Below, piece after piece: positions 36,401 to 50,182 of a stretch of DNA of 64,000 nucleotides. Positions within the stretch are counted from its first letter, which is position 1. Each line of letters starts with the position of its first letter. Below the pieces are notes generated by a model. It searched no databases. It was not told where the DNA came from and saw only the letters and a program-made list of their open reading frames with translations. The stretch comes from Amphiscolops sp. MND2022 (lineage: Eukaryota), in NCBI GenBank assembly GCA_964187785.1, contig OZ076409.1, positions 93,374,001-93,438,000 on the forward strand, given 5' to 3'. The position numbers and the translations under genes were made by a program.

Positions 36401-38266
36401 AGAGGTGGGAGAAAAGGAATTATGAGTGAAGACTGGAATCTGGATGATTTTTCGATGTATTTTCTATTTTTTGCTGTTATTCGAACTCAAATTCACTATT
36501 TCTGAACTTGAGATGTAAATGTGATGAGTTTTACAGTAAGACAAAGATACTGGTAAAGAACGGGAAACAGTTAGCGAGGATTAAGTAGAGTCCATCCAAA
36601 TTTCATCGGATGTATATTTATCGAAGAAATTACTCAGAGTCGTGAAGGTAGCGTGATTTTACGATGAATAAGAGATGTATTTTCTAGTTCAAATCTGTCG
36701 TAATTCGTCCAACTGGACAGTGGCTAATCGAAATTTCGGTCTGAGTAATCACTAATGGCGGTCCAAAATACAGCAGTTCACGTGTCTTTTCAGGCTGGTA
36801 AGACGCTAAATCTCTTACCAGCCGACTCTTATTGGCTATTGCCAGTTGGTGCTAATTGGTAAGTCACGTGACCGGTGTTGTGAACTGCCGCAAGTTGGCC
36901 AAACCACATGGTACATCTACATACGCTAATTATGACTAATCATCACTTTACAATGTCGCAATTGCCTGCACGCAGTATCATGGTTTCTATAGCAACTCAA
37001 ATCATTCAATAATGTACTAATTTCAAGTCAAACCAGAGTAAACTGTATCACAGGATGGGAAAACGATGTTTTCCAACTAATTCCAGCACTAAAATCAATA
37101 CTTCAAAACTAAAGATGGAAATGCGATGAATTTGTCAGAATATTTGCTGATTTTCAAGTCTAGTTTAGCTCTGGATGAAAATGCGATGAATGGTGGTTTT
37201 TTCGCTCGAAAATCAACACGATATAAACTGACGATGATAAAAGGATGAACTCTCCTCGAAAATAACTAATTCCCAGCACTAGTGAAATTGACGATGAATT
37301 CAGGATGAATTCAGTTGACAAAACAGGTGAAACAACTAATTCTGCAGTAAAGACAAATATACGATGACTTTAGGATGAATACATTCAATAAAACAGCAAA
37401 GTCAAATGAATCGAATTCCAACGATGAGTTTAGGATGAACTCAACTGAAAATTCGGCTAATTCTAGCGCAAGTTGAACTAGCGATGAATTTACGATGAAC
37501 TAGTGATGAGTTAATCTAATAAAACAGATATCCAGCACTTCACTCTTTTTTAGGATGAATTAAGGATGTACTTTCTCATTCCTTATTGTCACTAGTCAAG
37601 ACGATGAAATATAGATGTGTTATGCTCTTTTAAGAAATGAGAAGCATATTGAAGGTTAATAATCACAAAACGGCGATGAGTATGGGATGGTTTTCATGCA
37701 TTTTAAAGTCCCGTGAGATCCGCTGATGGATCACTAAATGAAATCAAATAAATGTCCCAATTTTTGTTCACCCGCAATCTTGGCGATGTGATTGCGATGA
37801 ACTTTGATAATATAGCACTGTAATTTCACTAGTAAATCAAGCTGAAGGATCACTAAGTCCGCTGATGGATTAGTGATGAACTTTTCCTGAAATTCGTCAC
37901 GACTACAAGTCCTGAGGCGGGGAGCTAGTAGAAGTTACAGATTTCATTATTTCTACATCTCTCGGTCCAGTCTGACCGGAAAACTTCTCTCCCTTATCGT
38001 GACAAACCAATATTGAATAAGATAGCACATTAAAGGCCATTGGCAAGATCATTTGTGCGGACACCGGAACTAGAGCGCTCAGTATTAAGTAAATATATAT
38101 AGCTCAAGCTCAGGGGGGATAGGGATTAAGGTACAAGTAACGTAGGGTTGCTCACAACCATGGCTCTTATTATATGACATCATATTGCCCATATCTAAGT
38201 ACATAAGACATAATATTTACATTACAGATATTTAGTAGATTATATTTCCATCATGCTGGCATGACA
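36091..38266 (-). repeat. 5' LTR (2176 bp)
   Basis: Direct repeat of 19173-21344, adjacent to the PBS. Contains the first ~103 codons of the gag frame. Confidence 0.97.
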
Positions 38267-40934
38267 ATGGAGAGTGTCTCTGCATTTTTATTCAATTTTT
38301 GGTACTTGAGAGAACAGAACTCGCAATCATATGATCTATATTATTATTTGCAATTGGCTGAATTTAGTTACCGATGTGTAAAATGACAGATTGGGAGCTC
38401 GTAAACGGCGATTTGGAAGCCTCGTTTTGCTTGTGTTACGGTTGATTTGTATCAAGTCTATTAGTTTTCATTGCCATGCGTCGCATCGCAGAAAGAATTC
38501 AGACTGTCAATGTATGGGATCCCAACAGGGGTAAGCAAGCTCTCAAGGCGTAATAGTTTGGTCTTGTGGTTTTTTTCCCGGTGAGAAAACTAGAAGAAAA
38601 TCTAACTGTTTTGTTCACAAAACCGACAACTACTATGCCACATTTTTGAAATAGGTCCAAAATAAAGACTCTTTGAGCTACAGGTGTACCAATAAACTCA
38701 AGGTTCAAGCTACTCAATTCTACCATAAGTTTGGTAATACGGCATCTTGCCAATTGTAGTACCAATCGTGGTATGATCTTGACTAAGAGTTTGGCGTGAT
38801 CTTCGCATGATCTCACTGCGATTGTACTTTGACTATCCTGAAGGATCAACCCCCGTAGTCATTGACGATGGTAGAAAATTGCCCATTTAATTAGCTTTTT
38901 TGTCGTTTTCCCCTCCAAACTGCATAAATGACATTGCGTCATGGCACAGTTTTGTAATCTTCGAATCATTTCATCACCTTTACGGCCTTTGGTTCGCGAC
39001 TGAAACGCAGTAAAAGGTCCCTTTAGATCAGAACAGATGGGAGAAGAAACTAGATGATACCAGAAACTCCGTCCTCAAAATAGCTTCTCAAGCTTATCAT
39101 CTGTATTTCTTCGTTTTTTCTTGTTCAGAAAAGACCTCGTTTTTTGGGCCTATAGGTTTAAGAAAAAAAATATAAACTAGAAGAAGGGGACCAAAAAGTT
39201 TTATCTTCAAAATGTTTATCATAAACCTCAAAAGTGCTCTATTTGTGCAGTTTGTATTTTAAATGCCGTTTTGTATTCTTACGGCGAATCTTTATTCTTC
39301 AAATCTGAAAAATTTGAGTTTGAGATCGATTTTTTTGCTATTGTTTTACAAAAAGTTTCGGTTTTTTGTGCAGGGGCAAAATTGTTGCAAGCGTTGACTA
39401 ACCATTGTGGACTATCATGGGTTATCCTGCCCACCAACTTGATCTCATGTCTGGCTCTGTTGGGTCCAGTTACCGTGGATAAAGACGTAGTGATGTACCT
39501 GATCTTAGGGTACTCACTCATAGGACCTGTCCTTTTTGTGAATGACGTCATACCAGTTTATTACGTCACAAATAAAGACAGCGTGGTCTCATCGATAGTA
39601 AAAGCAATACGTCATAACAGAAATTAATCGACCTGTGACGCCACAGATGAAATTATGACGTAACAAATGAAGATCAAATCACATAATTAGGAACCAAGGA
39701 TCACGTTACTTTATATAATAATAAACATGTTTAGGCGGAATTAGTTTGCGTAACAAACTGAGCTATGCTGTTTTGTCAAGTAAAATTCAGTTATTTTTGT
39801 CAGATAATTCATTGTGATAAGAAGAGAATTGTCTCGATCGATTCAAGAATTGGCATTAAAACTGGTACCGAGAAAGCATTGATGCTTTGATGATTCAAAC
39901 ATCTTTGCATTCGCTGATAGTAAATAGAAAAAAAACATGACGTCGATTACACCAGGGCAATAGGTCATTATTTTTACCATCGACAAGGCATTGTTAGGTT
40001 TTTGAGGGCTTGCAAGATCTTGCAAAGTAGTGCATTTTTCTTCGATTGCTTGAAACAGTTTTGCAAGATCCTTGCATATTATTCATGCTTTGCGAGACCC
40101 TTGCGAAGGTTGCATTTGTTTGCAACCAGAGCACCATTTACTTTCATAGTTTCATGTTTAAACACCTCACTACTCAAAAAACTTGGTTTTTGGCATTTTT
40201 TGGGGAGTTTTGTTGTTTTTATTATGAACTTATAAAATCAAGCATACTAACGATGTTCGGCAAATACGTATTAGCAATAACATGATCCAAAAAGATAATA
40301 TACTGTAACAAAAAATACCAGCAGATGTAAAAGTAATTATCCCAAATAGATCTAAACAACCTTCCTGAGAAACAAAAAACGTTGAATTCGAGGGAATGTT
40401 AGATGAAAAGCTATTTTTTCCTTTTTTTTTCAAGAAAATGATGATTTTGCTCATTTTTCCACCTGTATTTTATAGACGCGTGCAAAAAATGGCGTCTTAA
40501 ACACCGAGATATTCCCCTTCTAAATCTGTCACGTCTTTTCCATCCATGTATGGCTATCCTTTTAATTGAAACGGGATAAACATCTCGGTTCACTAACGCA
40601 GGGACGGACATGTTTAAAATCTCTGTTTTTTAAGATATTTTCAGAACTGCATCTGAGCCAATTCATCCAGTGACCTTGAAAGTGGACTTTTTGAGAAAAC
40701 AACCAAAACATGTACAAATTATAAAATGACTCGAGTCTAAATGCGCGGATCAGAATCGCTTTGAATTTTTCCTGCAATGAAGGAATTTTCTATCATATCT
40801 TCAAACTACCATTTGACTAAAGAAAGAACTCGGTCAATATTCTGGCCAAATGTGTTCAAAATTGCTTCAAATTTAGAGCAAAAACATATAACTGTTGTCC
40901 ACAAATACCCAGATGTACCCATCGATACCTATCG

Positions 40935-40990
40935 ATAGTTGAAAGTGTTCAAAAGTTCTATATATAGATCTTTTGAACACTTTCAACTAT
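40935..40990. repeat. 56-bp near-perfect palindrome
   Basis: ATAGTTGAAAGTGTTCAAAAGTTCTATA|TATAGATCTTTTGAACACTTTCAACTAT, one mismatch. Confidence 0.9.
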
Positions 40991-43675
40991 GCTTTTATAT
41001 GCTTTTAAAGGTTGCAAGTTTAAATTATTGAGCTGCTTACTGAAGTTTTAAGTATGTTTTAAGTATGTTTTAAGTAAGCTTACTGATGTTACGTCACTAA
41101 TTCTTGATTGCGACAGGTATTGATAAGGATTTCTATACAATTTGGCGGGTTTTCAGAGCAACTTTAAAGAAATCAAAGACAATTGCTTGGAAGTCATACA
41201 AAATTTTTCCCTGATTCTTCCATGTTTTTTTAGAAAAATTAACCTACATGCATGATTGCAGCATGGAAAACGTTGCGGCAGATTTAACCTGGGAGGAGGT
41301 CCATCGGTAGATGTTAAATAGTCCAGTTCATTAAAGTGCCAAAATAGGAATATAGTTTATGATTTAGAGTCAGCGGATTTCGTAACACACACTAGTTTTC
41401 CATAAAGATAGTGACACTCGGATTCCGAGGGTCAATAAAATTCTAAATACTCATGTGACAAAATGAAAACTTGAGCGAAAACTCCTGCGAATTCCGATCA
41501 GAATTACAACGGTATTATTTACTTTGAAATTTTAGAAACCAGAGACGCTAAAGAGGGATATCAATTGGCATATTTGTGGAATTGTGGCACTTTTTTGAAA
41601 TATATCATGCATTGTCTCACAATAAACCACTGGTCATAATGGAAAACCAGCGACAGATTTTGTTCCTCTGTCTCGGTTCATTAATTTTTGATTTGAACTT
41701 TGTTTATCGACGTATACTTTCTCGACGTAATTACCACTTTTTTGAGTGTTTACGAAAATTCAATTCCAGAAACATTTTTTGAAAATCGAAATTACGAAAC
41801 AAGAAAGTGTCAGAACTCGCGAGGTGTCGAAGCTCTTGCGGTTTTTCCATCGAATTCAAAGAAATGATGTGCTTTCAAAGTATTCGCCTGCACTATTGGG
41901 TGTCTGGGTTTTTGATATCATAGTTTATCTTTAAGCCTATACAAGTCAGTGGTTTTTGCTAAATTCGAAAATAAAAAGTTCGAGAGGTTTTCCAGTGGAT
42001 TTAGATTGCACTGCACACATTACAAAAATGCATGCTTAACGGAGTTCATAGAAATCAAACGCTAAGTGAACAGATAAATTTTACAACCATTTTGGCAAAC
42101 TTTTGCACAGAACATTATCTTACACACAAAGAACACTAAATATTTGTGCCAGAAATTGATGAAGAAATTGGAAGTAGGAAAACATGAAAATCAGAGGATC
42201 CCCTGGTTTAGAAAAAGTTTTTTTCCTTCCAAGTATGTTGCAAGAATTCTTCAAGATCTTGCAGGATAATGCATTTTATACTAATTTTCGAAAGGATCAT
42301 GCTAGATCACGCAAAAGATGCATTACGTGCACGACCCTTCCATTCTTGCGAGCAAAAGTTTCCCTAGAAAGATCTTGCAAAATGACAATTTCTTTTAGGA
42401 TTCTTGTAAGGAATACGTTAACTTGCAAGATCGTCCAAGGAATGATTATGAACAAGAATGTTGCAAGATTCTTCCAACGATAGCATTTTTTCTGAAACAG
42501 GTTCGTTTCAGCAGAAATCTTATGGGTATTTCACGATATTTATTCATTCTAGTTTAAGGCTGGAGCGCTAAAACTAACAGCGTGCACAAATTTTCGTGGG
42601 TAGAAAACCTGTACATTTCAAGTGAGAGGGAGGAACTAAAAAGCACCTGCTAGGATTTTTCATCTGCCCCCATAACCTTTAACAGGTTCGACTCCCACAA
42701 AATGGAGCCAGCACGGCACCCATTTTTTCAAGGCTATATTCTTTATTGCACATTTAAGAGGCGTCACTAAATGAAGTGCGCAAAACGATGTTCATCATTT
42801 CAAACGACAACCATGAAAAAAGACATGAAATTTGTTTTTGACATACCAGTTTTTGATATGACTAGAAACATTGACTTCAAATACGGAAGTGGTCTATGAC
42901 AGAGCGAACACGACAGCAGAGTTTCAAAGAGCCGGTTTGAAAGACAACGTTGAGATACAAGCTCCCATGAGCATGAAATGCATCCGACGAAAACGGATTC
43001 TCGGTTCCTCACTAGCCGAATTGCCACCCAGGCGAAAGTACCTGCAGACGGTAAAGATACAATGTGTATATTCGACGAATCAAGTTGGGAGAACGAACAT
43101 TTCGGGGAAGCTACCTCGGTTGACTTTCCTTTCAGATAAAAGTTGGAAAGAGCAATGATAGGAATAGAAATCTTGAAAAAAACGAACATTCGCAAAGAAA
43201 AAACACCATGAAAAAGTTCAAAGTTAGATACTTAATTTCACGCTGAAAATCTCTAGAGATTTCAAATGTGCAATGAGGTACAAGGTTCTATTTTAAGTCA
43301 ACACTTTTCGACAAAAAGACGCAACTGTTACAATGAATAGTTTTTAGTCGGCTTTTAGAATGAAAGTCCGACTATTACAGTCGCTCGTTTTTTGGTTTTC
43401 ATTTGACAAGCTCGAATGCGACAAAATTTTTGCTGTTAATTCATAGGGTTCCCGTTCATTTTTTCCTTTTTTTAACTTAACAAACAAAACGACCGGACGA
43501 GCTAAAGTTTCCCCTTTTGATTTCGGCTTTGTAGACTACTTTTGGAAACTTTTTTAAGGTATCCAAAAAGTCCCCCTTCTTTTTTTCAAATATTTGGCAA
43601 CCAATTGGATGTTAAAAACGCCCGTTCTTATATTCGGCTCCGTGGGACTGTTTCAAAATTGTCATTTTTCGTCTG

Positions 43676-44290
43676 TGTGAGATACAGAGGTGAGACTGTC
43701 AACCAAAACCGTCAAAGTCTCAGAGTTGTCTAGTATGATTAGAAACAAACTCTAATTCCTTAATTAGTTGTGACCTATTTATGTTGATGTATTGTGATAA
43801 ACCATTGAGGATAGAAACCTACGTTGAGGTACAGTTGATATAAAGATATGCATACAATATCGTTGCAACCGTAGATTAGGAATCATAACATGGCGCAATA
43901 AGCAAGGCCAACATTCTTTTTAATTGTGTATAAAATCTCTTTTTACCAATGATTTGATTAGCTTTGATCGCCACAACAAATATTCGACTACCCTACCTGC
44001 AAGACACCAGACTCGACGGGAAAAACTGTATACACTTAAAGAATGGACCGAAAGATTTCGGCATTATATAAAGAGAATCTACAATGTAGACATCAAACAG
44101 ATGGTAACAGATGACACGGTACCAATCGGCGAGCCATGGGATACAAAAGAACAAGAGATCAGACAAGATTTCATCTGTGGCGCTGGACCGTCAGCAATCG
44201 GAATAATCACCAGAGGAGAATCTAATATGAATCCAGATTATATCAAAATTGACAAACTAATACAGGTATTTTGGGAATATTATATGCCCA
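43676..44290 (+). mobile_element. Truncated LTR retrotransposon: short LTR, PBS and gag relic
   Basis: ..CATAACA|TGGCGCA at 43890/43891, then gag-like peptide EWTERFRHYIKRIYNVDI..QDFICGAGPSA..EYYMP. LTR start is approximate. Confidence 0.6.
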
Positions 44291-45010
44291 GTTATTATAT
44301 TATTTTGTTTTCACTAGCCTCACACTGAAATGCTCAGTTTTTAAAAGCTTTTTTTTCAGTTTCATATCGCTTTGGAGCAAACCTAAAGAGCAAACCTAGC
44401 TTTTATACCTGAAAACGATTTATAAGACTAAATGGTACCATATTTTGCAACAATAAGCAAAAAACTGCAACAAACTTTCGAAAATTTTGAAAATTAATTT
44501 TCAGGGTCCCTTCTTTAATTTCGCAGCCCGATAGGTCACCCATTCTACAGATTCCGGAAAAACTGCCACTCCTTAGGTTTTTGAAAAAGAAACCTTGGCT
44601 TTTTGCAGCCGACTTCGGAGTTTCAGTTTGTTTTAGTTTTTTTCGTCTGCCGGCATGGTAGGTGGCGGAGTGTAGTCGTTTGGTTTCGTTTGGCTGATTT
44701 TCCTTTTGTTGTCAGTACCTCAACGGTTATACGACCTAACCCCCCAACTTGATGGCAAGAGATTTATGACATCGATCTATACCACTTGAGAACAACTAAA
44801 AGCATCTGCCATATCCTTGATTTTAGAACTTCCCATCAATTGTGGTTCACACCATCTGATGCTTCAAGTAGGATCAAATCAAAGGGATTTAGGAAGATAC
44901 CGTACGCCCATATGATAGAAGTTAAGTCAACATGGGCAAAGATGAAACAAAAAGGAACCAGACGCCGGCTAAGCACCGAAATATTTTCCGCTGAAAATTT
45001 AAAGCATCAG

Positions 45011-45073
45011 CACGGGTTCGAGCCCACGACCTCGTGTCTGCCAGGCAGACGCACTACCAACTGAGCAGTGGAG
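45011..45073 (-). repeat. tRNA-derived SINE head or tRNA pseudogene
   Basis: Minus strand has A-box-like TGCTCAGTTGG and B-box-like GGCTCGAACCC at tRNA spacing. No convincing acceptor stem. Confidence 0.6.
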
Positions 45074-46047
45074 ATCGTGGAGATTTGGCAGAAATGGTAA
45101 AAAAAAACGCAACATAGATTATGATTTTCGTACCCCATTCACAAATAAATGGGGGCGGCGGAAAATAAAGAGCGCAAACCCTTAGTTGCTTGTTTTCGTT
45201 AATTTCGTGTTGTAGAGAATTTTTGTTTTTTTTAAGTTGATTTTTTAGGTTTTTCTTACTATTTTCGTGTGTTAAGTATCAAAAAAATTCCACGACGAAG
45301 AAACACGCTATTTTGGAGTCGTTTCTGAAAGATTTTTCAAAATTTTTTTCGGGAAAGTGTTCAAAAACCAAAAATATGAAAACCAAAAAATAACATTTTC
45401 ATCATTTTAAGCAGAGAGAATAATTTATCAAGATGGTTCATTGAAGAACAAGCAAGCTCTTCTGTACTTCGATATCTTTGCAATATCGTATATTTTTGTT
45501 AGACTAATTCGATATTTTTGCTTCAAAAAAGCCCAAAAACTTCCCCAAAAATCTGGAAAGTCAGTTTTTAGACTGCCCCAGGCATTTTATGTAACATATT
45601 CTTTTTTTGGAGAGGTTAAAATACCCAGAGACGTTCATTTCAAAGAAGAATGAATCAGACATCTGGTAAGCTTTTACGACGGGCATTTTGAAGTTGATGG
45701 CTCATCCGGAATAAGAAACAATCTGAAATGACACCAAAAAAGACAAAATTTTTCAAGTTTGGATCATTATGTCGCACTTTTGTTCAGTTTTTCATCCTTT
45801 TCAAGCGTTAAAAGAACCAGAGAGTTCTAGGTCCGCGAACTATCTAAAATGGTTTTTGGAAAAATAAATCGATGCTGTTCTTCCAAGAACTGCAACGATC
45901 TCTCTCAAAAATTCCAGTTTGACAAGTTTGTGGCAATTCATGTACAATTTTCAAGCTTTTCGTAGTTTAGAATATTCAGCTATTTGACCGAGGAACGAAG
46001 CAACTAAGCAGTACGTTTTCAGAAGAGTAAATCAAAGGTTTATCTAG

Positions 46048-46384
46048 AATAAGCCGGGAACGTCTCAAGTCGGCGCTATATCTAAGGCTCAAATAAAATC
46101 GAAGGGGGGGACCCTTTGGAGACAAAAAAGTTTATAGAAAAAGTCGCACAGTGGCGGAAAAAACCAAACCAAAAAGGGGACCCTTTACACTCATCCGGTT
46201 TTGCAGGCTACGTTTGAAAAGTAAAAAACCAAAGGGGGGACCCTTTGGAGTAACTTGGATGCGTTTCCCGGATATTCGTTTAGTTTCTTTTAGCTGAACG
46301 TTAACGTTCGTCGCTTCGAGTGTGTCCTAAAAAAACGAGTGACTGTAATAGTCGGGCTCTTTCATTAATAAAAGCGCCGACTAA
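46048..46384 (+). repeat. Helentron/DINE-1-like non-autonomous repeat
   Basis: AAGTCGGCGCT near the start. ATAGTCGGGCTCTT..AAAAGCGCCGACTA hairpin at the end; no TSD, A-rich flanks. Confidence 0.6.
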
Positions 46385-49289
46385 AACGCCTAAAAACCAA
46401 ACGATCTTTTCTTCAATTTCAATTTCAATTTTTCGAAAATTTAGTAGGGTATGAATAATCAAAGCGTTCGACGATGAGATAATGTTTTCAATAACGTTTT
46501 CTCAAATTGAGCAAGCTGACAATATTTTTCCAAATCCACAAAAACCCAATCAAGAGCCAAAAACAAGTCTCGTTTCGTCCGTTTCATACATTTTGATTAT
46601 TTTTTTCAAGTATGAAGTTTCATGGAGTTCAATGACAAAAAGTTTGGCAACTAAGCAAACTTTGTTTTTTTTTGGAAAAACATCCTTTCAGTGTTTTGCA
46701 AAGCAAAGAACGTGTAACAGTTCTCACTCTCGAGCCTTAATAACACGGCGTAGCTAATTTGATTTGGGCGGAAAGACGGACAAAACCTAATACTTGAAAT
46801 TTTTGGTCAAGTGTTCCCGAAACAGTTTTTTCTCCAATGTAATTATACTGCCGTATCTCCAAATTCTCTGTTTTCAGCAAGGATTCCGTTTCACTGCCAA
46901 ACTGGTAAAATTCCGGAAGTCAGCGGACTATTCTACGAGCTATTTTTTCCAGGAAACGACAAGATTCCTTGCAAGAAGTACTTGCTGTGAAGAAAATCAA
47001 TACTGTTTACGAGCGTTTTATGAACGAAGAGGTTTCTGAAGTTTTTAAAAAATGAGATGTGATTCTCCATTGAAACTACTAGATTTTGAGAAACTGCCCA
47101 AGTCCAACACGACAACATGATGGAACTCAAAAGGAGTTTTCGCTCCAATTGTGTCAAAAAATGCTCAGCAAATTCTTTAATTAAAGCTTATATTTGGTTG
47201 ACTGAATTGAATCTCAAACCACCTAACTTGCTAAATTTGAGCCAAGAGCAATTGAAAAATTATATAAAACTTGTTAACGACCACTGACAACAAAGAACTC
47301 TTTAGTTTCTATTTTTGTGCCTAAAACAATTAATCCAGCAAGATAGCATGCAAGTGGGTGCTTCTAATAAATGCAGAAAGGGTACTAGCTCGAAAAGCAA
47401 TTATGCTAGTCTGATGTCCTAACCAGATAGTTTGAATGATGTTTGTTATATTTGTCTCATGCTATCCAGTTAAATTAACTTCTTCTTCTTTTGTGTTTTT
47501 AAGCAGAGGTTGCAAAAATGCTAACCAAAGTAACTTTCCTTTTGAACATTGGATTTCTTCCTTTCCTAACATGAGTAATTTTGTTTCTTTGTTGAAGACG
47601 TTTTCTTGCGATTATGCAGTCCTTGGATAGATATTTTTGCTATATTGGCCTCTCAGTATGATTTTTCTTGGAAACGTCACTGTTTTGATAAAATCTCACC
47701 TGGTAACATCTTTCCACGCTTCTTTTTTTCCAATATACTATGTTTTGAATACTGGCTTCCCATACTAGGACTACATGATATCATGATATCAATAGGGGAA
47801 AATGTTACCCATAAAATAGTGAAGCCGTGGTACTGCTTGCATGAAATCAATTACTTTGTAGTAAACATAGCTTAAGAATGAAGTTTCCTATTTCCGTATT
47901 TGGTCACAGTATGGTTCAACTGATGTCATACATTACCATATATGGCACTGTAGATCGACATATTTATGGACCGCCAGCCAACCCGGACAATCATATCGAA
48001 AACATGGCCTCTGATAACCATTAAATACGAAAATCTCTTATGAGCAGGAACGTTCAGAAAATAAAATTTTCAGCAACCTATGTTGAAGTTGTTTCAAATC
48101 ATATGTTCTTAAAGTTTGTTGCATAATTTGTAGACAAAATTCGAAACACCATGTAAAATAAGTTCATCTAAGACAAATTTCACTGATTTGATAGCTATCT
48201 ACAAATTATGCAACAAACCATTAAGAAGAACCAAATAGTAACAAAAAGCAAAAGAAGCATGCTGAATACCCCAGCCTGCAATGTGCTTCATGGTCCGATA
48301 AAGTCAATGAAAACATAACAACTAACATTTTATGGAACCTTGACATATTATGATCAATAGCATCGCCATTAGTGCCGTGATACTGGGCCAACAAATCTTT
48401 GACAAGTTTGTCACCCCTGGCTTTGTGTTGCTCCACAGATTGACCCAGAGTCCAGCGCGGGAAAACGAAGCGCTTGGACCTCTTGTGGGTGCCAACTTCC
48501 GGAGCGCTTAAGGTGAGCATGGGGTCTTAGGCAGTGACAGGGTTGGTTGCTAATATTTTGTCACCATGATAAACAACCCTAGTTAAAAGTGCTCGAAACT
48601 TTTACATGTTTCTATTGGCTGCAAGACAAAAATATTAGGTTTTTGGGAGCTGTTTAGAGAAGTTTTCATGCTCAATATTTTCATGCTGCGCCCCCAACTT
48701 TTCAGGCAGTTATCAAGACTCTATGCAACTTGGCGGGTTTTCAAAGCAACATCAAGGAAATTAAAGAAAAAACACCCGCGAAATTTTGCAAGTTTTTGCG
48801 GGCAAAGCCTCAAACTTTGTAAGCGCAGACGCTATGATATGACATGAACAAATATTCAACGAGCGCCAGTGTGGCAAACAAATTTGTACAACTAGAATTT
48901 TTTATCGGTGGAAAATTTTTGTCTGAAACATGCAGCTTGTTGAAAAACAGAATAATTATCACTTTTCGGGTTTGGGAAAATGAAAACAATTTCAAATTGA
49001 AGTTGTATACGGTTTTTTCAGGGAACTACTTTGAAAACGGAATATTATAATCAGCGGTTTTGATTGGTTGAAAATTCAACATTTCTTGAAACTTTTTTTC
49101 AGCCACGAAATTCGTAACGAAATCTAAAAGACTAAAAAAATGATTCAAAAGGCTTTTGTGAGCATTTCGATTCAAATTACATGCGAATCGTCAACTTTTT
49201 GAACATTTGGACGACGAAACTCATCGATTTTTTTTGAAAAATTCGAATTTTAGGAGAAAATATCAACTTACGTTCAAATGTAAAATGGG

Positions 49290-49784
49290 AACAAGACGGG
49301 AACGTCTCAAGTCGGCGCTATATCTAAGGCTCAAAAAGCGCAAAACATTTTTTTTGGAAAAAATCTTAAAATTTTCGAAAATTGTTTCTTTCGGAAAATG
49401 TCGCACAGTGCCGAAAAATGTAAAAGAGGGGACCCTTTTTGATTTATAAACACGCATTCTGTAGCAAAATAACAAAAAACTCAAAGGGAGGACCCTTTGG
49501 GGACATTAAAAAAATTTCGAAAAAAAGTCTCACAGTGCCGAAAAAAAATCGAAAGGGGGGATCCTTTAGTCCCGTCCGGGCTTGTAGGTAACGTTTAAAA
49601 AGTATATGAATGCGCTCCCCGTTTGACTTTACCGGTCCAGTAGTTTAGTACTGTATTTAGTAGTTTAGTAGTTGAACGTTAATTTTAACGTTCGTCGCTT
49701 CGAGTCTGTCTTAAATAAAAAAAAAAGAAAAAAAACGAGTGACTGTAATAGTCGGGCTCTTTTCTCAAGAAAAGCGCCGGCTAA
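49290..49784 (+). repeat. Helentron/DINE-1-like non-autonomous repeat
   Basis: Same termini and internal GGGACCCTTT / CACAGTGCCGAAAA subrepeats as 46048 and 58300. Confidence 0.6.
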
Positions 49785-49974
49785 TAAAGTCTGGAGAGGA
49801 GGGAAACGGACATTGGACTAAAGAAACGAAGAAGAACTAATGGAATTAGCAAAATGGGAACATAAGCGGCTCCAAGGGGCCGCGGGGCACTAGAGGAAAT
49901 GGGAAAATATCAGAGGCACGATTTATAGTGTAAAAAACTTCAAATATTATTCCTTAAACACTATTCCGTTCTCC

Positions 49975-50182
49975 CCTTGGGTCTCATTCCACATTTTAGG
50001 TCGTATTCCGTATTCAGGTCTTATTCCCCTTTTTAGGACTTATTCCCACTTTTTAGGTCTTGTTCCGGTTTTTAGGTCTTATTTCGCTATTAGGTCTTAT
50101 TCTCGAAAAATGCGAAGCAAGTTAGGTTTTGTTCCCATTTTCGTTTTAGGTCTTATTCCGTAGGTCTTATTCCGTTCCCCCG
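49975..50182. repeat. Degenerate ~19-bp tandem array (AGGTCTTATTCC)
   Basis: About 8 visible copies of TAGGTCTTATTCC ending in CGTTCCCC; probably a TIR-element subterminal array. Confidence 0.65.

Larger units (their letters stand above)
19173..38266 (-). mobile_element. Full-length giant Ty3/gypsy (Metaviridae-like) LTR retrotransposon, 19,094 bp
   Basis: Near-identical direct repeats with TGTC..GACA ends, 5-bp TSD ATGGA (19168-19172, 38267-38271), PBS next to the right LTR, gag with two CCHC knuckles, pol in PR-RT-RH-IN order. Confidence 0.98.

Noticed and set aside
38499..39627. Host coding exons (ORFs 38499-38849, 39279-39551)
   Set aside because: No recognisable domain and no consistent splice model could be built.
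42800..43195. Short ORFs on both strands
   Set aside because: No recognisable homology or supported exon boundaries.
45011..45073. Functional tRNA gene
   Set aside because: A and B boxes are present but there is no proper acceptor stem or clear anticodon arm.
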